Positions 1 to 12,610 are shown, counted from the first letter of the stretch. The stretch: 64,000 nucleotides of DNA from the human T2T-CHM13v2.0 reference genome, Homo sapiens (GCF_009914755.1 NC_060935.1); one strand, 5' to 3'. Numbers and translations: made by a program. The notes: generated by a model from the letters alone, not told the origin.

Positions 1-217
1 CCACAGAGTCCTGTGATGTGAACCCTCTATGGGTCTCTCAGCCATGGATACCAGCATCTGTTCTGGTGGAGGTGACAAGGGGGTAAAATGGACTCTGAGA
101 GTGTTCTTAGCTTTGGTGGTTTAATGCTCTATTTTTGTGTTGGTTGGCCTGCCAGGAGGTGGCACTTTCCAGAGAGCATCAGCTGTGGTAGTATCGAGAG
201 GAACCGGCAGTGGTCAG
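1..217 (-). mobile_element. L1PB-type LINE-1 5' region, left part (interrupted by HERV-H)
   Basis: Resembles recalled antisense L1PB 5' end; reads collinearly into 9296+ (gaaccggcagtggtcag / ggccctagaactc) once the provirus is removed. Confidence 0.7.
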
Positions 218-718
218 TGTCAGGCCTCTTAGCCCAAGCCAAGCCATTGTATCACCTGTGACTTGCATGTATATGCCCAGATGGCCTGAAGTAACTGAAG
301 AATCACAAAAGAAGTGAAAATGCCCTGCCCCGCCTTAACTGATGACATTGCACCACAAAAGAAGTGAAAATGTCCAGTCCTTGCCTTAACTGATGATATT
401 CCACCACAAAAAAAGTGAAAATGGCCAGTCCTTGCCTTAAGTGATGACATTACCTTGTGAAAGTCCTTTTCATGGCTCATCCTGGCTCAAAAACTCCCCC
501 ACTGAGCACCTTGCAACCCCCACTCCTGCCCACCAAAGAACAAATCCCCTTTGACTGTAATTTTCCTTTATCTACCCAAATCCTATAAAATGGCCCCACC
601 CTTATCTCCCTTCGCTGACTCTCTTTTTGGACTCAGCCCGCCTGCACCCAGGTGATTAAAAGCTTTATTGCTCACACAAAGCCTGTTTGGTGGTCTCCTC
701 ACACAGACACGCATGAAA
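218..718 (+). promoter_or_regulatory. 5' LTR7 of HERV-H (501 bp)
   Basis: TATAAAA 584-590, ATTAAA 655-660, three ~50-bp U3 repeats at 304-451; homologous to 8845-9295. Confidence 0.97.
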
Positions 719-720
719 TT

Positions 721-738
721 TGGTGCTGTGACTCGGAT
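721..738 (+). other. Primer-binding site for tRNA-His
   Basis: TGGTGCTGTGACTCGGAT 2 nt after the LTR; one CpG-type mismatch to TGGTGCCGTGACTCGGAT. Confidence 0.95.
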
Positions 739-860
739 CGGGGGACCTCCCTTGGGAGATCAATCCCCTGTCCTCCTGCTCTTTGCTCCATGAAAAAGAT
801 CCACCTACAACCTCGGGTCCTCAGACCCACCAGCCCAAGGAACATCTCACCAATTTTAAA

Positions 861-870
861 TCGGGTAAGC
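861..870 (+). promoter_or_regulatory. HERV-H major splice donor
   Basis: tcgg|GTAAGC in the leader at the position known for HERV-H. Confidence 0.7.
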
Positions 871-1254
871 GGCCTCTTCTTACTCTCTTCTCCAACCTCT
901 CTCACTATCCCTCAACCACTTTCTCCTTTCAATCTTGGCGCCACTCTTCAATCTCTCCCTTCTCTTAATTTCAATTCCTTTCATTTTCTGGTAAAGACAA
1001 AGGAGACATGCTTTATCCGTGGACCCAAAACGCCGGTGCTGGTCACGGACTCAGGAAGGCAGCCTTCCCTTGGTATTTAATCATTGCAGGGATGCCTCTC
1101 TGATTATTCACCCACGTTTCAGAGGTGTCTGACCACGCAGGGATGCCTGCCTTGGTCCTTCACCCTTAGCAGCAAGTCCCACTTTTCTGGGGGAGGGGCA
1201 AGAATCCTGACCCCTTCTCTCCTTGCCTCTACCCCTTCTCTGCTTTTCTGGGGG

Positions 1255-1460
1255 GCAAGAACCCCCCAATCCCTTATTTCCATGACTTGACCCCTTATCT
1301 CTGCACCCTGATCCCTTATTTCCACGCCCCGACCTATCTCTGTGCCCCAACCCCTTATTTCCACACCCCAACCTCTTATCTCTGTGCCCCAACCCCTTAT
1401 TTCTGCTCCCCGACCCCTTTCCCACTTTTCTGGAGGGTAAGAACCCCCGAACCCCTTCCC
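1255..1460 (+). repeat. Pre-gag ~20-bp tandem repeats (acccc ttatttc...)
   Basis: Repeated ACCCCTTAT(T/C)TC units; also seen as EIRG repeats in the antisense ORFs. Confidence 0.8.
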
Positions 1461-1505
1461 TCCATGTCTTTACTCTCTCTTTTCTCTGGGCTTGCTGTCT
1501 TCACT

Positions 1506-3119
1506 ATGGGCAACCTTCCACCCTCCATTCCTCCTTCTTCTCCCTTAGCCTGTGTTCTCAAGAACTTAAAACCTCTTCAACTCACACCTGACCTAAAACC
1601 TAAATGACTTATCTTCTTCTGCAATACCACTTGGCCCCAATACAAACTTGACAATGGCTCTAAATGGCCAGAAAATGGCACTTTCGATTTCTCCATCCTA
1701 CAAGACCTAAGTAATTTTTGTCAAAAAATGGGCAAATGGTCTGAGGTGCCTTACATCCAGGCATCTTTCACACTTCGTTCCCTCCCTAGTCTCTGTTCCC
1801 AATGCGATTCCTCCCAAATCCTCCTTCTTTCCTTCCCGCCTGTCCCCTCAATCCCAACCCCAAGCATCGCTGAGTCTTTCCAGTCTTCCTTTTCTACAGA
1901 CCCATCTGACCTTTCCCCTCCTCCCTAGGCTGCTCATCGCCATGCCGAGCTAAGTCCCAATTCTTCCTCAGTCTCTGCTCCTCCACCCTATAATCCTTCT
2001 ATCACCTCCCCTCCTCACACCTGGTCTGGCTTACAGTTTAGTTCCACGACTAGCTCTTCCCCACCTGCCCAACAATTTCCTCTTAGAGAGGTGGCTGGAG
2101 CTGAAGGCAGTCAGGGTACATGTACCTTTTTCTCTATCAGACCTCTCTCAGATCATTCAGCATTTAGTCTCTTTCTCATCAGACCCCACTAAATATATAC
2201 AGGAATTCCAATATCTAACTCTGTCCTGTGATTTAACCTGGAGTGACTTAAATGTCAACCTGACTTCTACCCTCTCCCCAGATGATCGGGAAAGAGTTTT
2301 TTCTCTAGCCCAATCTCACGCTGATAACCACCGGCTTCACGAGCCAGACCTCCAGGAAGGCAGTAGAGTAGTTCCCCAAGAGGATCCCCAATGGAACTCT
2401 CAGGCAAATTCCCCAGGTATAGCTAGGTGAGATTACGTGATTTCCTGCCTAGTTGAAGGGCTTAAAAAGGCAGTTTACAAAGCTGTTAATTAGGACAAGC
2501 TTAAAGAGACTACCCAAGGTAAAGAGGAAAACTCAGCCCAGTTCATGGCCCGCTTAGCAGCAAACCTTAGACACTATACTGCCCTAGACCCAGAAGGGCC
2601 AGAAGGCTGCCTTATTCTTAATATGCATTTGATCACCCAATCCACTCCTGACATTAGGAAAAAACTTCAAAAATTAGAATCTGGCCCTCAAACCCCACAA
2701 CAGGAATTAATCAACCTCGCCTTCAAGGTGTACAATAATAGAGAGGAAGCAGCCAGATGGCAACGCATTTCTGAGTTACAATTACTTGCCTCTGCTGTGA
2801 GACAAAACCCAGCCACACCTCCAGCATGCAAGAACTTCAAAATGCCTAAGCCACACACGCCTAAGCCGCAGCAGTCAAGCATTCCTACATGACTTCCTCC
2901 ATCAGGATCTTGCTTCAAGTGCCAGAAATCTGGCCACTGGGCCAAGGAATGCCCACAGCCTGGGATTCCTCCCAAGCCATGTCCCATCTGTGCAGGGACC
3001 CATGGAAGGCAGACTGCCCAGCTCACCCGGCAGCCACTCCTAGAGCCCCTAAAGCTCTAGCCTAAGGCTCTCTGACTGACTCCTTCCCAGATCTGCTTGG
3101 CTTAGCGACTGAAGATCGA
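1506..3119 (+). pseudogene. gag: HERV-H gag, disrupted
   Basis: MGNLPPSIP start at 1506, stop at 1605-1607, capsid-like ORF 2545-2892, zinc knuckle [14 protein letters not shown] at 2911, frameshifted second knuckle CPICAGTH. Confidence 0.93.
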
Positions 3120-3500
3120 CGCTGCCCGATCGCCTCGGAAGCCCCTTGGACCATCACAGACGCTGAGCTTCAGGTAACTCTCACAGTGGAGGGTAAGTCC
3201 ATCCCCTGTTTAACCAATACGGGGGCTACCAACTCCACGTTGCCTTCTTTTCAAGGGCCTGTTTCCCTCACCCCGATAAGTTGGGTACTGACAGCCAAGC
3301 TTCAAATCCCCTAAAAACTCCCCCACTCTGGTGCCAATTTGGACAACACTCTTTTATGCACTCTTTTTTAGTTATCCCCACCTGCCCACTTCCCTTATTA
3401 GGCCGAGATATTTTAACCAAATTACCTGCTTCCCTGACTATTCCTGGACTACAGCGCATCTCATTGCCGCCCTTCTCCCCAACCAAAAGCCTCCTTTGCA
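3120..3500 (+). pseudogene. pro: HERV-H protease, disrupted
   Basis: Catalytic DTGA reads NTGA (aat acg ggg gct, 3216-3227); LLGRDIL flap-side motif in ORF 3281-3514. Confidence 0.85.
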
Positions 3501-6500
3501 TCTTCCTCTCGTAACCCCCCACCTTAACCCACAAGTATGGGACATCTCTACTCCTTCCCTGGCAGCCGATCACATGCCCATTACCATCCCATTAAAACCT
3601 AATCACCCTTACCCCGCTCAATGCCAATGTCTCATCCCACAGTATGCTTTAAAAGGATTAAAGCCTGTTATCACTCACCTGCTACAGCATGGGCTTCTAA
3701 AACGTATAAACTCTCCCTACAATTTTCCCCATTTTACCTGCCCAAAAACCAGACAAGTCTTACAGATAGTTCAGGATCTGCACCTTATCAACCAAATTGT
3801 TTTGCCTATCCACCCTGTGGTGCCCAACCCATACACTCTTTTGTCCTCGATACCTTCCTCCACAACTCACTATTCCGTTCTTGATCTTAAAGATGCTTTT
3901 TTAACTATTCCCCTGCACCCCCCGTCCCAGCCTCTCTTTGCTTTCACCTGGACTGACCCTGACACCCATCAGTCCCAGCAGCTTACCTGGACTGTGCTGC
4001 CGCAAGGTTTCAGGGACAGCCCTCATTACTTCAGCCAAGCTCTTTCTCATGATTTACTTTCTTTCCACCCCTCCACTTCTCACCTTATTCAATATATTGA
4101 TGACCTTCTTTTTTGTAGCCCCTCCTTTGAATCTTCTCAACAAGACACACTTCTGCTCCTTCAGCATCTATTCTCCAAAGGATATTGGGTATCCCCCCTC
4201 CAAAGCTCAAATTTCTTCTCCATCCTTTACATACCTCAGCATAATTCTTCATAAAAACACACATGCTCTCCCTGCCGATTGTGTCTGACTGATCTCTCAA
4301 ACCCCAACCCCTTCTACAAAACAACAACTCCTTTCCTTCCTGGGCATGGTTGGATACTTTCACCTTTGGATGTCTGGTTTTGCCATCCTAACAAAACCAT
4401 TATATAAACTCACAAAAAGAAACTTAGCTGACCCCATAGATCCTAAATCCTTTCTCCACTCCTCTTTCCATTCCTTGAAGACAGCTTTAGAGACTGCCCC
4501 CACCCTAGCTCTCCCTGACTCATCCCAACCCTTTTCATTACACACAGCTGAAGTACAGGGCTGTGCAGTCGGAATTCTTACACAAGAACCAGGATCATGT
4601 CCTGTAGCCTTTTTGTCCAAACAACTTGACCTTACTGTTTTAGGCTGGCCATCATGTCTCCGTGCAGCACCTGCTGCTGCCCTAATACTTTTAGAGGCCC
4701 TCAAAATCACAAACTATGCTCAACTCACTCTCTACAGCTCTCATAATTTCCAAAATCTATTTTCTTCCTCACACCTGGTGCATATACTTTCTGCTCCCTA
4801 GCTCCTTCAGTTATGCTCACTCTTTGTTGAGTCTCCCACAATTACCATTGTTCCTGGCCTGGACTTCAATCCGGCCTCCCACATTATTCCGGATACCACA
4901 CCTGACCCTCATGACTGCATCTCTCTGATCCACCTGACGTTCACCCCATTTCCCCACATTTCCTTCTTCCCTGTTTCTCACCCTGATCACACTTGGTTTA
5001 TTGATGGCAGTTCCACCAGGCCTAATTGCCACTCACCAGCAAAGGCAGGATATGCAATAGTATCTTCCACATCTGTTATTGACGCTACCGCTCTGCCCCC
5101 CTCCACTACCTCTGAGCAAGCCGAACTAGTTGCCTTAACTCAGGCCCTCACTCTTGCAAAAGGACTATGCATCAATATTTATACTGACTCTAAATATGCC
5201 TTCCATATTCTGCACCACCGTGTGGTCACATGGGCTGAAAGAGGTTACCTCACTACACAAGGGTCCTCCATCATTAATGCCTCTTTAATAAAAACTCTGC
5301 TCAAGGCTGCTTTACTTCCAAAGGAAGCTGGGGTCATTGACTGTAAGGGGCATCAAAAGGCATCAGAACCCATTGCTCTAGGCAACGCTTATGCTGATAA
5401 GGTGGCTAGACAAGCAGCTAGCTCTCCAACTTCTGTCCCTCATGGCCAGTTTTTCTCCTTCACATCAGTCACTCCCACCTACTCCCCCGCTGAAACTTCC
5501 ACCTATCAATCTCTTCCCACACAAGGCAAATGGTTCTTAGACCAAGGAAAATATCTCCTTCCAGCCTCACAGGCCCATTCTATTCTGTCGTCATTTCATA
5601 ACCTCTTCCATGCAGTTTACAAGCCGCTAGCCCGTCTCTTAGAACCTCTCATTTCCTTTCCATCACGGAAATCTATCCTCAAGGAGATCACTTCTCAGTG
5701 TTCCATCTGCTATTCTACTACCCCTCAGGGATTGTTCAGGCCCCCTCCCTTTCCTACACATCAAGCTCAGGGATTTGTCTCTGCCCAGGACTGGCAAATT
5801 GACTTTACTCACATGCCCCGAGTCAGAAAACTAAAATATCTCTTAGTCTGGGTAGACACTTTCACTGGATGGGTAGAGGCCTTTCCCACAGGGTCTGAGA
5901 AGGCCACTGCAGTCATTTCTTCCCTTCTGTCAGACATAATTCTTCAGTTTGGCCTTCCCACCTCTATACAGTCTGATAACAGACCAGCCTTTACTAGTCA
6001 AATCACCCAAGCAGTTTCTCAGGCTCTTGGTATTCAGTGGAACCTTCATATCTCTTACCATCCTCAATCTTCAGGAAAGGTAGAACAGACTAATGGTCTT
6101 TTAAAGACACACCTCACCAAGGTCAGCCTCCAACTTAAAAAGGATTGGACAGTACTTTTACCTCTTGCCCTTCTCAGAATTAGAGCCTGTCCTCGAGATG
6201 CTACACGGTACAGTCCATTTGAACTTTTATATGGATGCACTTTCTTGCTTGGCCCCAACCTCATCCCAGACACCAGCCCTCTAGACGATCATCTTCCAGT
6301 CCTCCAACAGGCTAGACAGGAAATTTGCCAGGCTGCTAATCTTCTCTTGCCTACTCCAGATCCCCAGCCATATGAAGACACCCTAGCTGGATGATCAGTT
6401 CTTGTTAAGAATCTGACCCCTCAAACTCTACAACCTTGATGGACCAGACCCTACTTAGTCATCTATAGTACCCCGACTGCCGTCCACCTGCAGGATCCTC

Positions 6501-6634
6501 CCCACTGGGTTCACCGTTCCAGAATAAAGCTGTGTCCATCGCACAGCCAGCCTAATCCCTCCTCTTCCTCCTGGAAGTCACAAGTATTCTCCCCTACTTC
6601 CCTTAAACTCACTCGTATTTCTGAAGAACAGTAA
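3500..6634 (+). pseudogene. pol: HERV-H pol (RT, RNase H, integrase), disrupted
   Basis: LDLKDAF, LPQGFRDSP, YIDD (4093-4104); WFIDGSS and YTDSKY RNase H motifs; HHCC and DDE integrase motifs in ORF 5222-6394; frameshifts near 3724/3765/4195, stops at 4799 and 6392. Confidence 0.96.
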
Positions 6635-6929
6635 TAGCCCTTATGAGCCTAATACATCCCTTCATTCTATTAGATCTGTTCGTCCTTACCCTACTTTTTG
6701 CAACAGGGCTTTACGAAGTCACCCTCACCACTTGGGCTGATCCCCAAAAAACTAGTCAACCCTACTATCTTCTGTCTAGTCATACTCCTATTCTCCATTC
6801 TCAACTACTTATAAATGCCCTACTCTTGTTTTCACTGCTGGTTTACACTGTTTCTTCAAGCCATCACAGCTGATATCTCTTGGTGCTATCCCGCAACTGC
6901 CACTCTTAACTCCCTCTTAGAGTGGATAG

Positions 6930-8680
6930 ATGATCTTTGCTGGCAGGGCACCCTCCAATACTTCCGCCCTGATGAAGTTCTATTCTTTACTTTTATACTC
7001 ACTCTTATTCTCATTCCCATTCTTATGCCACCCTCTACCTCTCCCCAGCTATCTCCACCACACTATCAACCTTACCCATTCTCTCCTAGCCGCTTCTAAT
7101 CCCTCCTGAGTGAGCAACTGCTGGCTTTGCATTTCCCTTTCTTCCAGTGCCTACACAGCTGTCCCCGCTTTACAGACAGGCTGAGCAACATCTCCTGTCT
7201 CCTTACACCTCTGAACTTCCTTTAAGAGCCCTCACCTTTACCCTCCTGAAGAACTCATTTACTTTCTAGACAGGTCCAGCAAGACTTCCCCAGACATTTC
7301 ACATCAGCAAACTGCCACCCTCCTCTCCACTTATTTAAAAAACGTTTCTCCTTATATTAACTCCACTCCCCCCATATTTGGACCTCTCACAACACAAACT
7401 ACTATTCCTGTGGCCGCTCCTTTATGTATCTCTCGGCAAAGACCCACTGGAATTCCCCTAGGTAATCTTTCACCTTCTCGATGTTCCTTTACTCTTCATC
7501 TCCAAAGCCCAACTACACACATCACTGAAACAATTGGAGTCTTCCAGCTCCATATTACAGACAAGCCCTCTATCAATACTGACAAACTTAAAAACGTTAG
7601 CAGTAACTATTGCTTAGGAAGACACTTACCCTGTATTTCACTCCATCCTTGGCTACCTTCCCTTTGCTCGTCAGACTCTCCTCCCAGGCCCTCTTCTTGT
7701 TTACTTATACCCAGCTCTGAAAATAACAATGAAAGGTTGCTCGTAGTTACTCAACGTTTTCTCATACACCATGAAAATCAAACCTCCCCCTCTGTGCAGT
7801 TACCCCATCAGTCCCCATTACAACCTCTGACGGCTGCCGCCCTAGCTGCAACCCCAGGAGTCTGGGTACAAGACACCCCTTTCAGCACTCCTTCTCACCT
7901 TTTTACTTTGCACCTCCAGTTTTGCCTCACACAAGGTCTCTTCTTCCTCTGTGGATCCTCTACCTACATGTGTCTACCTGCTAATCAGACAGGCACATGC
8001 ACACTAGTTTTCCTTACCCCCAAAATTCAATTTGCAAATAGGACCAAAGAGCTCCCTGTTCCCCTCATGACACTGACACAACAAAAAAGAGTTATTCCAC
8101 TAGTTCCCTTGCTGGTCAGTTTAGGACTTTCTGCCTCCACTACTGCTCTCGGTACTGGAATAGCAGGCATTTCAACCTCTGTCACGACCTTCTGTAGCCT
8201 GTCTAATGACTTCTCTCCTAGCATCACAGACATATCACAAACTTCATCAGTCCTCCAGGCCCAAGTTGACTCTTTAGCTGCAGTTGTCCTCCAAAACCGC
8301 TGAGGCCTTAACTTACTGCTGAAAAAGGAGGACTCTGTATATTCTTAAATGAAGAGTGTTGTTTTTACCTAAATCTATCTGGCCTGGTGTATGACAACAT
8401 AAAAAAACTCAAGGATAGAGCCCAAAAACTTGCCAACCAAGCAAGTAATTATGCAGAACCCCCTTGGGCACTCTCTAATTGGATGTCCTGGGTCCTCCCA
8501 ATTCTTAGTCCTTTAATACTCATTTTTCTCCTTCTTTTATTCTGACCTTGTATCTTCTGTTTAGTTTCTCAATTCATCCAAAACCGTATCCAGGCCATCA
8601 CCAATCATTCTATATGACAAATGTTTCTTCTAACAACCCCACAATATCACCCTTTACCACAAGATCTCCCTTCAGCTTAA
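6930..8680 (+). pseudogene. env: HERV-H env, full length but disrupted
   Basis: MIFAGRAPSN start, CWLC 7119-7130, QQKR cleavage site, LQNR ISD, CIFLNEECC; in-frame stops at 7107, 7182, 7212, 8301 and a ~4-bp deletion near 8315. Confidence 0.95.
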
Positions 8681-8829
8681 TCTCTCCCAATCTAGGTTCC
8701 CACGCCGTCCCTAATCCTGCTTGAAGCAGCCCTGAGAAACATCGCCCATTCTCTCTCTCCATACCACCCCCCAAAAATTTTCGCCACCCCAACACTTCAA
8801 CACTATTTTGTTTTATTTTTCTTATTAAT

Positions 8830-8844
8830 AGAAGAAGGCAAGAA
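8830..8844 (+). other. Polypurine tract
   Basis: AGAAGAAGGCAAGAA immediately before the 3' LTR. Confidence 0.9.
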
Positions 8845-9295
8845 TGTCAGGCCTCTGAGCCCAAGCCAAGCCATCACATCCCCTGTGACTTGCACACATA
8901 CGCCCAGATGGCTTGAAGTAACTGAAGAATCACTAAAGAAGTGAAAATGCCCTGCCCTGCCTTAACTGATGACATTCCACCACAAAAGAAGTGAAAATGG
9001 CCGGTCCTTGCCTTAACTGATGACATTACCTTGTGAAAGTCCTTTTCCTGGCTCATCCTGGCTCAAAAAGCTCCCCCACTGAGCACCTTGCGACCCCCAC
9101 TCCTGCCCACCAGAGAACAAATCCCCTTTGACTGTAATTTTCCTTTATCTACCCAAATCCTATAAAACGGCCCCACACTTATCTCCCTTCACTGACTCTC
9201 TTTTCGGACTCAACCCGCCTGCACCCTGGTGATTAAACGCTTTATTGCTCACCCAAAGCCTGTTTGGTGGTCTCTTCACCCGGATGCGCATGAAA
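8845..9295 (+). promoter_or_regulatory. 3' LTR7 of HERV-H (451 bp)
   Basis: Direct repeat of 218-718 with only two U3 repeat units. Confidence 0.97.
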
Positions 9296-10150
9296 GTCAA
9301 GGCCCTAGAACTCTCAAGAATATATGCCCTTTGTGTTCTGTGACCAGAGTGGGTAGGGAAGGACCATTAGGTGGGAGCAGGGCTAGGTGTCTTTGAGCTC
9401 AGACTCTCTCCTTGGGTGGGTCTTGCTGCAGCTGCTGTGGGAAATAGAGGTGAGGGTTCCAGGTCAATGAAGTTATGTACCTAGGAGGATTATGGCTGCC
9501 TCTGCTGAGTCATGCAGGTTGTTAGGGAAGTTGGGGAAGCTGGCAGTCACAGGCCTCACCCAGCTCCGACGCAATCTGAAGGGCCAGTCTCACTCCCGCC
9601 ATGCCACCCCTAACAGCACTGAGTCTGTTTCCAGGCAGTGGTCAAGCAGGACTGAGAACTTACCCCAGGCCACCTGCCTCCCAGCTGCAAAGGAAAGTAG
9701 GGCTTTAATTCTTCCCCCACCTGTGGGGTCTGCCTGCCGGATTCACGCCCTCCCCGAGTTCTGGCCAGGAGGCTTCTCAACCAGTTCAAATTGTTACAAA
9801 GTTCAGCTGTAGATTCCCTTCTCCCTGTGGCATTTTCCCCCATGCCTCTGGCCACCCTCCCAAAGGATCCCTGTGATGCCAGGCAGGAATGGTCTCTCTG
9901 GGGACCCAGAGAGATCCCAGGGCCTTTCCCACTGCTTCCTCTACCCTCGTATGTTGCTTGGTTCTCTAAACTGACTCAGCTCCAGGTAAGTTCAGAATCT
10001 TCTTGTGTAAACTAGACTTTCGGTTTCCCCATTTGGGGTGTGTGTTTGGTGGCTGAGAATCTCCCTTTCCCACCTCCACAGTTTAGGCACTTACAGTATT
10101 TGGGGTGTCTCCCATATCCTGTGGGAGCAATCTGCTTCCTTCAGAGGGTC
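9296..10150 (-). mobile_element. L1PB-type 5' UTR, right part
   Basis: Continuation of 1-217; resembles recalled L1PB 5' UTR antisense. Confidence 0.7.
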
Positions 10151-10273
10151 CTCTTCATTTTGTTTATTTATTTTAAAAACATTGCTGTGTCGCCCAGGCC
10201 ATAGTACAGTGGCATGATCATCTGGATTAAAGACTTAAACACAAAATCTTATACTATAAAACTAGTAGAAGAT

Positions 10274-11737
10274 GGCCGGGTACAGTGGCTCATGCATGTA
10301 ATACCAGCACTTTGGGAAGCTGAGGTGAGAGTGAGAGGTGACAACGTGCTAGCAGCCATCGCTCGCTCTCTGCCCCTCCTCAGCGTCGGCTCTGGCCGCC
10401 CTCGAGGAGCCCTTCAACCCGCCGCTGCGCTGTGGGGGCCCCTCTCTGGGGCTGGCTGAGGCCGAAGCCGGCTCCCTCTGCTGGCGGGGAGGTGTGGAGT
10501 GGGAGGCGCGAGCGGGAGCCGGAGCTGCGTGCCGCACTCGCCAGCTGGCTCGGTTTCTGGGTGGGCGCGGGCTCAGCGGGCCGCACTTCGCGCGGCGGCC
10601 GGCGCCTGATGGGCTTGATCAGGGGGACGAGCTCCCTTTGGGCTGCTGGAGAGCCGGGGCCAGGTGCCGCAAAGTCCCACTGCAAGTGCCATTGAGAGGT
10701 GAAGCCGGCTGGGCTTCTGGGTCGGGTGGGGACTTGGAGAACTTTTCTGTCTAGCTAAAGGATTGTAAACGTACCAATCAGCATTCTGTGTCTAGCTAAA
10801 GGTTTGTAGATGCACCAACCAGCCCTCTGTGTCTAGCTAATCTGGTGGGGACTTGGAGAACTTTTGTGTCTAGCTAAAGGATTGTAAACGTGCCATTCAG
10901 CACTCTGTGTCTAGCTAAAGGATTGTAAACACACCAATCAGCGCTCTGGATCTAGCTAATCTAGTGGGGACTTGGAGAACTTTTGTGTCTAGCTAAAGGA
11001 TTGTGAAGGCACCATTCGGCACTCTGTGTCTAGCTAAAGGATTGTAAACACACCAATCAGCACTCTGTCAAAATGGACCAATCAGCTCTCTGTAAAATGG
11101 ACCAATCAGCAGAATGTAGGTGGGCCCAGATAAGGGAATAAAAGCAGGCCACACGAGCCAGCAGCAGCAACCTGTTTGGTCCTGTTCCACGTTGTGGAAG
11201 CTTTCTTCTTTCGCTCTTAGCAATAAATCTTGCTGCTGCTCACTCTTTGGGTCTGCACTGCCTTTATGAGCTGTAACACTCACCGCAAAGGTCTGCAGCT
11301 TCACTGCTGAAGCCAGCGAGACCAGGAACCCACCAGAAAGAAGAAACTCCGGACACATCTGAACATCTGAAGGAACAAACTCCGGACACACCATCTTTAA
11401 GAACTGTAACACTCACTGCGAGGGTCTGCGGCTTCATTCTTGAAGTCAGCGAGACCAAGAACCCACCAATTCCAGACACAAGAGGATCACCTGAGGTCAG
11501 GAGTTCGAGACCAGCCTGGCCAACATGGTGAAACTCCATCTCTACTAAAAATACAAAAATTTTAGCCAGGAGTGGTGGCACATGTCTGTAATCCTAGCTA
11601 CTCGGGAGGCTGAGGCAGGAGAATCACTTGAAACCAGGAACTGGAGGTTGTAGTGAGCCAAGATTGCGCCACTGCACTTTAGCTTGGGTAACAGAGCGAG
11701 ACTCCATCTCCAAAAAAAAAAAAAAAAAAAAAAAAAA
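10274..11737 (+). mobile_element. AluS interrupted by LTR12
   Basis: Alu head 10274-10331, remainder 11485-11737; TSD actagtagaaga/actagcagaaga. Confidence 0.93.
10332..11480 (+). mobile_element. LTR12 (ERV9) solo LTR, probably LTR12D/E type
   Basis: TGAGAGGTGACAACGTG...CCAGACACA, 4-bp TSD agag (10328-10331/11481-11484), tandem CTAGCTAAAGG/CCAATCA repeats. Confidence 0.95.
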
Positions 11738-12031
11738 CTAGCAGAAGAAAACATAGGAGAAACAATCATGACATTAAACTGGGCAGTGTGTTTTCATGGT
11801 TTTGTAGATAAGACCTCAAAAGCAGAAGGATTGAAAGCAAAAATAAACAAATGGAATCATATCAAGCTAAAAAGCAAGCAAAGAAAACAACAGAGGGAAA
11901 AGACAACCTATAAAATGGGAGAAAATATTTGCATACTATACATCTTACATGGAGTTAATATCTGGAATAGATAAGGAACTCAACTCAAAGGCAAAATAAT
12001 CATCATCATGCTATTTAAACATGGGCAAAAT

Positions 12032-12357
<326 letters not shown>

Positions 12358-12610
12358 CTAACAGACATATGGAAAAATGCTTAACATCATTAATTAGGGA
12401 AATGCAAATCAAAACCACAATGAGATATCACCTCACTCCATTTCAAATGGCTATTATCAAAAAGACCAAATTATTGTTGAGGATGTGGAGAAAAAAGAAC
12501 CATTACAGCCATTTTGGAAAATAATATGGAGGTTCTACCAAAAATTAAAAATAGAACTACCATATGATCCAGCAATCCCACTATATATATAGATATATGT
12601 AGATACATAG

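Larger units (their letters stand above)
218..9295 (+). mobile_element. HERV-H provirus, near full length (9.08 kb), env-containing, coding-defective
   Basis: Two LTR7 (TGTCAGGCC...CATGAAA), His PBS, PPT, gag/pro/pol/env motifs, TSD gtcag (213-217)/gtcaa (9296-9300). Confidence 0.98.

Noticed and set aside
7410-8303. 297-aa env ORF as a possible co-opted syncytin-like or secreted Env
   Set aside because: Three upstream stops separate it from the signal peptide and CWLC motif, it begins at GTG, and it stops inside the ISD before the TM anchor.
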